Assembly (NCBI GenBank): GCA_046563655.1
Contig: CM102285.1
Span: 8,866,001 to 8,930,000, forward strand
Source of the DNA: Yuukianura sp. NJ FZ-2021
Taxonomy: Eukaryota
Direction: 5' to 3'
DNA: 64,000 bases
Shown: positions 47,001 to 59,800 of the stretch, piece after piece
How the letters are laid out: every line of letters begins with the position of its first letter
Numbering within the stretch: position 1 is the first letter of the stretch
Notes under the pieces: generated by a model
The model's database searches: none
What the model was told of the DNA's origin: nothing
Seen by the model: only the letters and a program-made list of their open reading frames with translations
Translations under genes and position numbers: made by a program

Positions 47001-50000
47001 AGTTTCCACCAGCCTTTTCCCAATTTCCTCATTCAGCTTTGGACCTGCTTTCTCCCTAATTTGGAGGCTCATAGATTAAAAGACCAGCAGACTCCAAGTG
47101 GACCTAAATCCGACCATGCCAAGTTGGCTCTTCCAAGGGAATTCGACCGTGAAAAGTGGAAAATTCAACCGAATGAACATGGCATGCAGTAATAAGGCTA
47201 GGCATGCAACAATGAGGCAGGAAATGCGGAAAAAGTGAGATACAAAAATTAACATTTAGGAGGATAAAAATAGTCGATATTTGCAGGGGAAGAAAACATA
47301 AATAAGCAAAATATTTGGAAATGAATTGGGAAAAAGTGGGAAATAGTACTGGAAATAGTGGGAAATACAAAAAAGAGTGATGGGAAACGCAAGAAAAGTG
47401 TTGGGGGTCTTGAGAACTTTTTCTGGTGAAGTCTCTGGCCTCCCTGGATGTCTCGTTTTGCACTACAAGGGCTGGCGCCCAGTTTGGACTCCTTCCAGAA
47501 CCATTTTTCCAACTGATTCCAGCCCAGTGCGATGCTCCACTTTCACTAACTTTCACTTTCCAACAATATACTGCCAACGAGTTACTATCAATCTATAAGA
47601 GGAAATGGAAAAGGAACAAACGAGTCTCATCACAATAAAAAATAGAATGTGAGCAAAAAATTTTCAGACAAAATTCTTCAAAAAAAGGAAGAAAAAATTT
47701 TGAATCAATTTCCCAAAGAAAACAAGTGCACAATACCAATACCAATTTGCGTAAATTTCAATGCTGAATAGGAGAGTGAGTCTACCACCAAATTTAGAAA
47801 TTTGAATAACAAAAATTTTCCCATTTTAACTTAAATAGGGAATATTTAATGTAAGGGCCTTCTTTCATCTATTACTTTGGGAAAAAATGTGAATTTGAGG
47901 GATTTTTGTTGTTTTTGATTTTTTGCTGTGTAGGAAATTTTGCTTCAAAATAGAGCGATTCACGCGGGTAATTTAGTTTTTCGGATTGGTTTCCAAATTT
48001 CAAAAAGTGATGACACGAGATTTTGACAAAGTTTCATTTGATTTCTGTATCCAATTTACTTTTGTCACTTTCACTCTCTCTTTTCACCACAAGTCAACAT
48101 GACACGACGACACGCGTCCAATAAATGGAATGGTCATTTCCAACTTTAGATTTGACACGCACTTTGACCCGTCAGCCCGTGGCTCGGCCTGCTTCCAAAC
48201 AATAGACGGATAGACTTTGGAACGATGACTCCATGGTGAAAGCAAGTAATTGGAAAAGCAACTCCAACTGTACCCATGACTCGTGGTAGCGTGTGGAGCC
48301 TTCCAGAAGTCGCTTCGCTCCAACTTTTAATTTGTTAGTCGCTTCAATTAAAGTTTCAGCTGTTGAGCTTCTCTTCTTTCACTTGCTGACTTATTTTCTG
48401 GTGTACTGCACTAAAATATTCTACTTTTGCAAGAACGAAGAACTTTTTTTCCTACTACGGAATTCCTCACCCTTTGTTTCGTTTTCTAAAACCAAACTTA
48501 GCACGATCTCCCTCCGCTTCCTCTTGATTAAAATTAATGGGCCCCACCACATCAAGGTGGTCCCACCAAAGGTCATAATTCATTCCCACCAAAGGAGAAT
48601 CACATCTGACAGACCCACCACCCCAATCCCCTCAGACATAAATAACGAAATCCAGTTCTCACTACGGACCTTTCTCCTGCTTGTCACTTTCTAATTTCAC
48701 AAACATTCGCTTTCTTTTCAATTCCCCTTCCCGCCTTCTTTTTGCCCCGCCCAAATGCATTTTTTTGCTTACCGAATGAAATTGTTCGAAAAAAGAAGAA
48801 AAGAACTTTTCTTCAACCTGTCTATAGAAGAGTATGTGTAGAAAAAATCCTTCAATCAAAAAGTAGTAAGAAAAAGAACACAAACAGGCTGACAGACAGA
48901 AAACGTAAATCCGTAAAGTATTTGTCTCTACGTGAATAATTGACGAAACAAATCGTAAACATCTTTGCTACTTACTTGCCGCTGGTGCGAAAATGTTGAG
49001 GTAAAGGCAGTCTTCTGATTGATTTCTTAAGTAGGGCTCTACCCTGCGCAGGTAGTCCAAGTACCCACGTGGCATCTCCCGCAATGCTCCATCTTCATCC
49101 CGTATCTCCGGCATCACCTCAAAACAAAAATAAAATTCCCGGGTAATAAGAAAACCAAACAAATGAATTCTACAACTCTACCCGGGAGAAACTCTCTTTC
49201 TCTCTCCTCGAAAAGAAAGTGGAGGAGACAGAAGGAATCCAATTCCCGTCAGCCTCACCAAGGGAGGGAATTTACTAGATCTCATTCCCACTCTTACTTT
49301 CTCTCTCTCTCTCTTTCTCTCCTAAGTTAACTATAACATACTCACACTAAACTTACATAACAAATAGAAGCGTGTGTTAGTCTAAATTACTCGTTTTACA
49401 ACTCTAGACACTTGACTTAAGCCATACTTAACAAAGTGACGGATGGTTTTGTTTTTCGTTGTTGAAAAAAGCCAAAGGTCACTCTATAAGAGTAAGGAAA
49501 AAAGTCAGAGTCAGAGAAAAAGTGTGAACCAAAGTCAGAGTTGAAAAAAAGTCGGAGAAAAGGTAAAAGTCCAAGAGAGTCCTAACTAAGATGTTTGTAT
49601 GCCATTGTCCGAAGGGAACCGTGTCACCCTGAGGCTATAAACTGTGATTGGTGGTTGTTTTAATAGGTCAACTCAAAGGTTAGGTTGGCATCCTACTGCC
49701 ATAACCATCTCCTTCCATGGATAGGGTGAGATCCTTATGGTAATGCCGTGGTTCTGAAGAGGGTGAAGTACCTACTAACAAGAGAATCCTATTTCCGGTT
49801 ATGACCTCCGGCCAGTCCCATCCAAACGACTTTCTTTGGCCAGCCTAATGGTCAATTTCCAAGCGCCAGAGACTTTGTCATTGGTTGTAGCTAGTTGGAC
49901 AGTGTCATTTCAGCTCATGTCCAATAAGTCGTTTGCGGTGGCCATGTCCAAGTAATTCCCAAATCCAACGGAAGTAGCCCAACCTTGTCTAAATAACCTA

Positions 50001-51140
50001 ATAAACCTGTGACATCAGTCTAATAGGAGTAGTTCATTACCTGTGGACAGACAAATCCTGGTTTGACGGCTGTTTTGATCCCATCCCATGGAAGAGGTGT
50101 TTGGGTGGGGCTGAAGCGATGCGTCTTCACAGGCGGTGATGCATATGGCAGACTCAGGAAGACCTATCGATTCACAATCAAACAAAATTATATCACTCAG
50201 ACGCTTCAATCATGCAAGAGCGAGATAGCTTAACAAAACCGAACGTAACTCTATGTTACTGTAGTGCAATCGGAATGGTTAGAATAAGCTCACAAGATGC
50301 GTTGGAAAGACGGGAAACGGGAGAAAGTTTTGTACTTTCCCTCCGAAGAAAGAACCAACAAAAACGGATCGGTGAATACTTTGAACAAACCAAAAACGGA
50401 AATTTTGGTTTCATTTACGACATGGAGAACGGGAAAAGTAGATTTTCGAAAAACTGAAAACCAGAAAAAGTAAAGAGAAAGGCAGACGAGAAAGGAACGA
50501 GTGAGTGTCATGAATAAACAAGTGTTTACAACGATAATAAACACGGATTACCTCCTACACTACAATCAGCAACCAAACTTTTTCAAAACTTTCCAAAAAG
50601 TGCACGAGGGTAATTTCAAAACTGAAACTTTCAAAAGGCAAAACAAAACAAACATAAAATTTAGTTAACACAAATTACTACACCAGACCAAAATTACTCC
50701 AAACAGAAAAAAGTTGACATGAATTTTCTAAAAACTACTTGCACTTTTCATAAGAAATGCTTCAACTTTTCGCAAAATACCGATTGATAATTTTTATCAA
50801 AACTGGATGAATTTTTTTAAAAGTGTCTTACCTCCACAATTTTGTTTCTGAGTGGATGATTGTTATTTTTGTGACTTGAGAAGAGACTGAGACTTAGGCC
50901 TTGTACTTTTCCGTATTTCGTTTCCACTACGCGGGACAATGTGGTTGACGCAGAAGCTACGGGTTCCTGGACACTGTCAACTGACTCCATGTTGACATTT
51001 TGTGACTTTGTCACGAGGTCACTCGGAAGTTGCAGTGGAAGGTCAAGAGGTAGGTGCCCATGCCCTTCCGCAGCTGAAGTATCGTTGGAGCTCTGGCATT
51101 GCAAAATGCTCAGCAAAATGATGAGACCAAGGCTCTCCAT
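35085..51140 (-). CDS. Nlg: Neuroligin (non-catalytic cholinesterase-like adhesion protein), insect Nlg3/Nlg4-like
   Basis: Exons approx 51140-50832, 50163-50041, 49117-48976, 41821-41660, 41303-41151, 41072-41027, 40937-40628, 39437-39330, 39010-38880, 38366-38204, 37811-37633, 37523-37341, 37151-37056, 36951-36641, 35863-35085. Motifs: signal peptide, VETKYGKVQG, FLSLPYASPP, QSEDCLYLNIFAP, TINYRLGVLG, RVANYGLMDQIAALHW, NEYIDWE, HFRAHQMAIWL, TM ITIALGCSFLILNVFIFALVYYQRDK. The true start may lie in a further upstream exon. Confidence 0.93.
36606..36635 (+). repeat. Short degenerate (TTAGG)n tract (similar tracts near 388, 37311, 41351, 42069, 58146, 58358, 58545, 63176)
   Basis: TTAGGTTAAGGTTAGGTTTAGGTTAGGTTAA; the unit matches the arthropod telomeric repeat, but the tracts are short and interstitial. 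Confidence 0.7.
43400..44240. repeat. Low-complexity T-rich then A-rich tract in a neuroligin intron
   Basis: Long runs of T/pyrimidines (43400-43740) followed by A/purine-rich sequence; produces spurious F-rich and K-rich ORFs. Confidence 0.75.
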
Positions 51141-54100
51141 TCCCACCTATCAGAAACAGTTTAAATTTTAAAAATTTACAATTTGAAAACTTTTGAATCA
51201 ACACAACTTAAAATACACAATCTCCTGCCTATGACAGGTTAAAATTTTTAAATTACCGTTGAAAACTTGAAAATTATAGCATTTTTTTTCCAAACCCCAT
51301 ACTTTTCTGGCTAAAATTCTAAAGATTCTGAATTCTGTTTGTTTATAGTCAAAGGGCAAACAGTTGGGAAGTTCTGTTTGGTGCTTTCTCTTTTGTGGAC
51401 AAAGCTGAAGAGCCTTACGGCGGAGTTTAGAGTGGAGAAAGAGGCACTTTCGTGGCTTTGGCTCAATACCGTTCGAAGTCAGACTTGGCTAATGCCCGGT
51501 TAAGTTAGGCTAGGTTAATGCCCAGTGGCTGTTGTGGCGGGAAATGAGCCGTTTTCAAAAACGTTAAGATTCCAAACCCTTGGAGGGATCCTCCTGACTG
51601 TAGAGTAGTCGGAGGCTTTCCCTAAGTTGTCTTCATAAGAATAACGTAGTTGCCTAACACTCTCCAACTTTCTATACGCTTCACTTTGAAGTGACTCGGA
51701 TGCAGAAACTCGAATGGTTCCACGTTAAAACATAAGTCCAATTTCAGAATTCAAGTTTACATAAGGAACAATTAAGTAAGTTGCAATCAAATGAACAAAT
51801 ATTTACATAAATTCGCTCCTCTGCTTCCTGAACATTTAAATTTAAAATTTATGTAACCATTTTTTTAAACGTCTGTGCCAAATTCGGGTTTTTGTAATTA
51901 TGATGAGTTATGCAAGTTATAAAGGCGTTAAAAGACGTGGGCATGCAATATGCATTATGTTTTAGGCGAATGTGACTTTTAAGTGCCAGCAACAACATGT
52001 GTAATAGTTTCTGATGTAAACGTGGTTATGTTATTGAGCTTATGTAATGACATGCTACGGTATGAAGCACCGCTTAAAACAAAAGTGGCTTATCTCCTTT
52101 TCCACACTTTCACTAGTTGAAAGAAGTCAAGAAGTTTCATAATTCATGTGCAGTAATGCATTGGTTGAAAAGATTGAAAGAGAGGGTGAAGTAGTGTTTG
52201 TGTTTTACTCAATCCAAAAAGGAGAAAGCAAAAAACTGCACAAGCTCATTTGTCCTCAAGTATGTTTACTTTGCAAGCTCAAATAAACATAAATTTTCCC
52301 TCGATGGATTCCACACATTACTTTCACCACTTCCCGCTCTGTTTTGAATTGGATGAACAAAAGTGAGGAGAAAGCACTTATAAAATAAGTCTTTGGGAAT
52401 GCGCTCCTTTTAGGAAGTGAAGGGAAAGGAATTGTATCATTTCCGTTTCTCTTTTCAATGAATAGAGTCACGCCAAAAAGATGATTTTTATAACACCTCT
52501 TTTTCTCCCTCTCTGCCTCTTTTTACAAACTCCACAAAACCCACACGAAAATGGATGTTCAAAGTAGTTCCAATAAAACCTTCCGCCTTTTTCTAAATAA
52601 ACTTACAGGCATATACTCACTTTCCTGTACTAACAAAAACTGAAAGTGAAAAAACGAAAAAAAATGTTTTTTGAAAGTTCTCTTCTTTTTCCCAGCCGAG
52701 AGAGAGAGAGAGTAATCGTTACCGTAAGTCAATGTAATGTTGAAAGTATGCAGAGTGTATGGTAGACTTGAAATGGCCTTTCATAAGCCACCGGAAGGAA
52801 CTCCCACCCTATACAAAGTCCCACGCTTTCTTTCCTTTCACCGTATTTTCCATACACTCTCACCCTGCATTTCTTTTTTACTTTCTCTTTCACCACCGTC
52901 CTCTGCCAATAACCTTAGTACTTTCCATGCACATTCCATTCAATCACATGTCCCATTCTACTCCACTTTCATTCCTGCCTGGGAAAAATTTAGGACCCTG
53001 TTTGGCCTAATATCTTCATGGCACTGTTCCATAGCACTCACATATTGGAAATACTACCACTTTTACCAGGACATAACGGCCAAAGCAAAAGGAGCCAACG
53101 CAATGCAGAAGACTCGAAATAAAAAATTGTTAATGTACATAACAACCCATACCATACATAGACACTAGACACATCATAAAACAAACATCGTAAGACGGTA
53201 CAAAACATAGTAAACATAACATTACACGACATAATCATTTGGGCATTAAAAAACATAACGACAAAGGTCAAAGTGACGAATTTAAAAAAAAATTGAAAAA
53301 AATGCAAAAATGTTTAGTAGATACTACAAATATTGGTGCTATGCTTTTACATGGTAAATTTGAATCGATATATTCGCCCTCTTTGAAATTTGCTAAATTC
53401 GACATTTCAGTCGCATATTTTGTTTTAGCTCTTTTTGAATTTGCTTGTGTTGTTCCGGCTGTTATGGAGTCCCCCTTCCCCTGGTGTGGGTGAGAATGCG
53501 ACCCCCTCCTCCCCCTGTCCCTTTGAAATATGAGAATTAATGTGAGGCTATGGTGGGCTTATTTCTTGAACTCCCATTTGTTTGCATTTGTGAATCAAGG
53601 AATGTCAATAAACCCCCTCCTCCTCCCCACCCACTAAATCACTTTGCAGGGTGAAAGGCACCTTTCTCCATCTCAATCCAAATGGAAACGAGGCAAGCTC
53701 CCGTCCCCCGACGTTTCTCCTAAAGAAATCTCATTTCTAAACAAAAATACTCCAAGGAAATTTCAAAATCCAAAATTTTCTGAAATTTAAAAATAAAATA
53801 AAATTCAATTACAACTTAACTATGTTGAGATCGCTTGAGACCTGAGTTTTCCGACACTCATGAAAGCTTGTGTGCTACTTTTTTTTGCAAATGATGAGCC
53901 AGAAGAAAGCCCAGAGAAGAAAGAAAATTCTCCCACTGCGAGAAGACTTCGTCTAAAAGTAATTTATAACGAAGGGAGAAGAGGAGTTCAATTACAGTTG
54001 GAGTCAATTCCAAAACATAGGGCTTGTCAGGCAGAATGAACACAGTTCGCACTTACTACAGACTCTACATCTCCTCTAAGGATTTCTAGATCTTCCTTCT

Positions 54101-56731
54101 ACGAAATTCTGGATTTCTTGTAAGAATTTCTCGATTTTTCTGTAAGAATTTCTGGTTTTGTAGAGCAGTGAGGATTGGGACGATGGCGTTTAGTGGAGCG
54201 AAGAAAGGAGAAGAGGATTAGAAAGGAGTGAATTTTGACGCATGAACTGACACAGATCAATGATCAGAGGAAGAGGCTAGTCTACTCTTTCTGAAGAAAG
54301 TACTTTTCTCCTTGGTCCTTCTCTTAACAAACTCGTATAAGACTTCTAAGGTTGTGGTGTTAGGCTAGACCTTGTCTTGAAAGGGAGTTCGCTGTTGGAG
54401 AAAAGAGGCTCTCACCACGTACGGATGGAATTCAGCCTGAGAGGAAGAAAGTCAGTTCTGATTGCGTAAAAACAGAGCGTCCAATTCAGATTATGAGATA
54501 AGCCTATTCTTCCAATTCTATGCCAACCGAGGAATCCGATGCCAAATCAGACCTCGACGTCTCCTTTGAGGATATCCTCAAAATACATAATTAGCGCTTA
54601 AATTAGTTACAATTAGTTGTAATACATAATACATGAGCGATACATACCGTTGCAGGAAGTTTGGGTGCCTAGCGTTGCAAAAGAAACGCATACATATTGT
54701 TGTTACCGCGGAACTAGTACACAACTACAATTTATGTAGATTCAAATAATGTAAAGACGTGTAAACAATGGGATTCAGTTGAACAAGGACGTTGTAGAAA
54801 TAATTTAGCAAAGTTAAGGGTAGAGGGTGGGACGGAGAAAACAAAAGACCAAGTCAAAGAAAACCCAATGACCGGACGTTACTCGATCAAGCACTTCTTT
54901 CATCCTGGAAGATGCTCGAGTCCTTTGAACTGTCGGACCATATCAGGCTTGTCGTGGAAATGCGCCCACTTCGTCCACCCTCTTCTAGTCACAATATCCT
55001 CATTTTTCCCTGTCTCCAAGTCTCTGCTTTCACTTGGATGAGTGGGAGTCAAGGGCTCAAGGACCTCGAAATTCTATCTTCCATCTTTTCTTTCTTTTGC
55101 TTTTGGCTGCCAAAGACAGAAAACTATAAGAGTATACGCTCATCTCCTGCCACGTTCTTCCACAAGCCTAATTTCCAATCCGAATTGGGGAATTGGACAT
55201 GGATCTGATACAGGGCAAATCAAATGCAGCACCATTTTATTCCCTGGCTTTCACCCTAATCCGATGCCTCGTAACGGGACTCCTGAGCAGGCCTAGGACT
55301 AACCTAGTTTCAAGTTAGTACAAAAACAAAGCCGACTCAAACTAAATCCACTTTACCAAATCCCACTCTCCTTTCTTCGCAAATTCCACGTCTGCACGAC
55401 TTACATTGAGGTGTAATAAAAAAGTAGAGCTGACATAAAAACTTACATTCGAAGAATAGAAGACATTGCCACAAATTTCAACTTTGTTAGTGTTGACATT
55501 TGAAATGTAAAATTTTAAAAATTGAAGGAGAAAGTCATTTCACGCTACATACCTTAATCAACTTTACTGGAAAACTAATTCCACTTTTACTCAGTCAGTC
55601 TCACATCAACAAATAAGTTCAAATAGAATTCCGTTTATGTAACGTTAAAGTCAAATGCTAAATCAAGTTTGAATTTTGCAGTTGAGAGATGATCATGTTA
55701 GAGCAATAGTTCGAGGGCCAGAATCGAGATTTTTCTTTCTGGGAAAGGCCTGAGAGTCAGTGACCTGTGACTCATGTCCACTTTCTCCGGTTGGACGAAA
55801 GTTCTGAAAGTGGCCACAAATGTGACGGCTCTTGAGCAAAGTGTAGCCTTTTGGTACTCGACAGAGGAAGAGAGGGAGGATGGAAGTGATTTGATTGTTG
55901 AGTTCTCTCAGAAGAGCAAGTGGAGAGCATTTCGTGATATTTCTCATTTTGAGAGAATTCCATTGGACCAAGAGACAAATGAGAGGATCTTATCCGGAAC
56001 AAAATCTTAGACTTTGTGTAATGCCCAGATCTGGATCAATTTGGTCCATAAGTTGTGGAAGTGGGTGGGGTAGCATCTTTTAGCTCCAGTTTTCACCACT
56101 CGTGCTACACAAAATCATTTCCGCCATTTTACCAAAATGAAGCCTCCAACATCTGATAAATATCGAGGTTTTATCATACTCAGACCCATTCAAGTCTCAC
56201 AAACAAAGAGAAAATGGAACCCTACCCATTTTCTTGACTTGGACGTATTTCCACAACTGCTGGAACTAATGCATAGTGACAGTGAGCAATATCTTTTTCT
56301 TTGGTGGGCCTACGACGCTAATGAAGTCAACATAAAGTTTGACTGCATTAGGTTATATTTGCACAATAGCTTAATGATTATTGAAATTCCAGTTAAAGAA
56401 GTGCTGCAAACACATCTTGGAGCGATCTACATAAGCGTAAATTACTTAACTCGGAATTACGTAAGCGGAAAATGCATTACTTGTGCCTACAAGAGCGCTT
56501 GCAGTTACTCATTTCTACTTTACCTAACTATAAGTTTCAGTTGCAAAAGTTGCAATACACTTGTCCAGAGCAACAAACATACTGTAGAGGCAACCGTGGA
56601 CAGACATCAAAGAGATATGTCCACTTTCACCATCTCAATAACCAAGCTGGGTCTGGGCCAAAACAGCTTTAGATTGTCTCCTCACTGACACACAACTCAG
56701 CATCAAAAAGCATTTCAGAAACAATTTTAAA

Positions 56732-56802
56732 TGTAGAGATAATTTTCCAATATTTTCTACTGAATTTGTTTCAGTAGAAAATATTTGAAAATTATTTCTA
56801 CA
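56732..56802. repeat. 71-nt inverted repeat (33-bp stem, 5-nt loop, 2 mismatches)
   Basis: TGTAGAGATAATTTTCCAATATTTTCTACTGAA-TTTGT-TTCAGTAGAAAATATTTGAAAATTATTTCTACA. Confidence 0.9.
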
Positions 56803-59800
56803 AATAAATATTTACAGTGTAACAAGGTGCGTACAACCTAACCCCGTGTGAAATGAGTTGCTTAATTGGAAGATCAAATACCGTAAGAAATAAAACCCAA
56901 CATCTTCGCTATGGTATGTGGCTACTTGATCTGGTTTCAGTTGAAAGGAGGATGATTAGAGACAAGACGTGCGTAAGTTTTGTTAAGTGAGCGGACAGAG
57001 GCTTTTGACAGTTCGTAAAAGCCAAGCTCAGATTCGGATCACATTCGTCCTAGATTAGGTTTCTCTTCGTCCTTTCATCAAAGAGATTAATTCATTAGGA
57101 CTTGGGGAATTGGAAGAAAAAGCAGAAAAACGGCCTTTCCCACTCTAGCTTCCCGCATTTCCCACTCTCTCCGCTTATTTTCCGTTTTTCCCCTACTTCC
57201 ATTTTTATTTTTCCTGTTTTTGTGAAGGTTTGCCAAGTCCGAGCACGTAGCGGGATCAAATGGATGAAGATATGCTGGTGCAGGAGACACCTCTTTGCGT
57301 CCTGACCGCTTCTGCTCCGCCTAAAAATCCGACTTGTCCGGGGAATAGTGTCTCTCTTCGTAAAGTGACAGTAAATTCTCCTGTCTCAAAACTAAAGGAT
57401 TTTGCTCTTCAGTGTTTTTACAATCTTTGATCTTTCCACCCGGCACGCGCCACTTTCTCTTTGCACTTTCTAAACTTTCATTTGAATTGAACCCCGCTCT
57501 TGATTTATTTCCCGCGTCCACCTCTTAGCTTCTCAACTCACAAAAACTCTAGTTCTGAACTCAAAATTATTTGAAATTTGAAAGAGTCAAGGACTCATTG
57601 TTTTCTACTTTCCATTCAAAGTTTCAACTCTCGAGATCTCATATTCTCAAGAGTCTTGATGGAATTTCCAAAATAATTTTAACTCAAGACGAAGTCGCAA
57701 ATGCATACGTAGAATTTCTAAAATATAGTTGCAGAATTAAACATATTCGATACTATAATTTTGAATTCTGTTTTTAGAAATTCTAACAGAATTCTAGGAG
57801 AATTTCTAGAAACTGCGTAGATGCGAGTGAAAAATTAGTTAAGTTATAGAAACTTCGAAAATTGATTTTGTAAAATTAGCAGAAAATTCACATCATAATT
57901 TCTCAAATCTAGCTCTAGAATTTCTTGGAATGTTCTAAAGCCACGTTGGAGCAAGGCAAAACGAAGGCTAGATTAAAGTTGGGTTTCTGCAGCAGCAGTA
58001 TTGGATTTGGGTTGAAGAAGATTGATCCTATTTGTGTGTGTTTAGGGAATTGGTTGGTCATTAAGGAAAGTCGGCTTTCTCCACGTTTGTTTTCTCAAAT
58101 CCACTTGAGCCTCTTCCAACCCCTGCTTCAACATTTCTAGAGACTTTAGGTTAGTTTAAGGTTCCGTTAGGTTTATGTTAGGCCAGGAAATGCGAAACTG
58201 AAGTTTAAGGTTTTGGGTTTTCGTTTAGGTTGAGCTCTACCCTTGTCATAAAAGACAAGGAAATCAGACTCATTTCCCCTTGAGGAGAGGCACAAAACAA
58301 AGAGACTCCGACAAAGTTATTCAGAATACCAAACAACGGAGGAGGAGAAAGTGGAATAACCTAACCTTAACCCTTAGCCTAACTTTGGCGTAACGTCGGC
58401 CTAACCATCTCAACCACAACTAGATGGAATGAGGTCCAAGGGAAACCTAACCCCAGTCGACACGTCCGGAAGGAGCACTTCTTTGACAACAAACTGCTTT
58501 TGTACTCTTGGACTTATAATTACTTCTGCTCAACTCCCCTTCAGGGTTAGGTTAGTTAGGTTAAACGCTCCCGCCCATTCAACATTGAAAGTTTAAAAAA
58601 ATCAATTTTTTTCTTTAAAAATTTTCGTATCATGAATTTGAGCAGGATCATGAGTGGGATCTAAAACCCATTTTGAATCCACTTAGATGATTTTGATAGT
58701 CTGTTTGAATTTCCGTTGTAAAAAGATGGAGGAGCTCTTGAGGATCCTACAGTTGAGTTATTACGTTAGGCTAACATAACCTAAAAATATTCTACGTAGA
58801 AGAAAAGAACGCTCCGTTCTCCGTTGAGGAAAGTTTTATTTGAAATAGAAGAAAGTTTACTTCCGGATTTACCTTCACTTTCTATTTGAAACCTTCCCAC
58901 ACAAAATCCAATATCCGCTCTGTAACATGAACCCGCTCATAAATACTTTTCTCCTTAACTCTGACCACGAGAGCCTCTTGACCTTTACTTGACCTCTGGT
59001 TCACCTGTCGATATTAAACTTCTTACAGAACGTAACCAAAGCTAGCCTGAATTTGGATTTTACCCTTGAGAGGCAAAATTTATGGATATTCGATCACGAG
59101 TGTTAAAAATCTGTTTCTGTTTTTCGAACAAACCACTTTTGGACAGGTTTTAAAAATGGCTGATAGCTTTTTCTCTAATCGATTGTTCACTAAGGACTCG
59201 ATTCCACTTTTCAAAAAATACCTATCGCCTCCCCTGTGTGTAAATGGATTGGATTTTCTTTTGCCAAAACCGAGGAGAGTTAAATTCAACACGCGACTTT
59301 CTTCGTCGTCCTCTTAAAAATGGTGAGAAATGGGGAAAAGAAGGCGTCGCCAGGGAAATTTTGAGCATTGAGAAATAAATCAGAAGGATTTGGCGTGTCT
59401 TGCACATCGAAAGGGGATTTTAAAACACTTTTCTTTTTTCCCTCCAATTTGTCTCCTGTCTCCAACCTCACTGCTTCATCACTTTCTACAAATCCTTCAC
59501 TTTAAAAAAAAAGAGAAAGCGTGAAAACAGTTTCAATTTCAATTTTATGAGTAAAGGTGGGCTGGGCATAGCAATACATCAGATCAACCTAAGTTACATA
59601 AATTGAAATAACAACAGTGGGGCGGTTACAGAAAATTTGCGTTACATAACTTAATATTCGCCATTAAAACCGATCAATCCCATCGTATGCAAATCTTTAT
59701 GTTACGGAACAATTAATGTAATGAAGAGATGCTGCCATTGGGCTCCTGGCTTTCCACTTTTTGGTTCCATATCAGTGATTTTTTATTTTTACCAATGTTT

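Noticed and set aside
57700..57940. AGAATTTCT-rich patch as a heat-shock element array
   Set aside because: Mostly wrong spacing for three contiguous inverted nGAAn units; looks like a low-complexity repeat (similar patch near 54080-54160).
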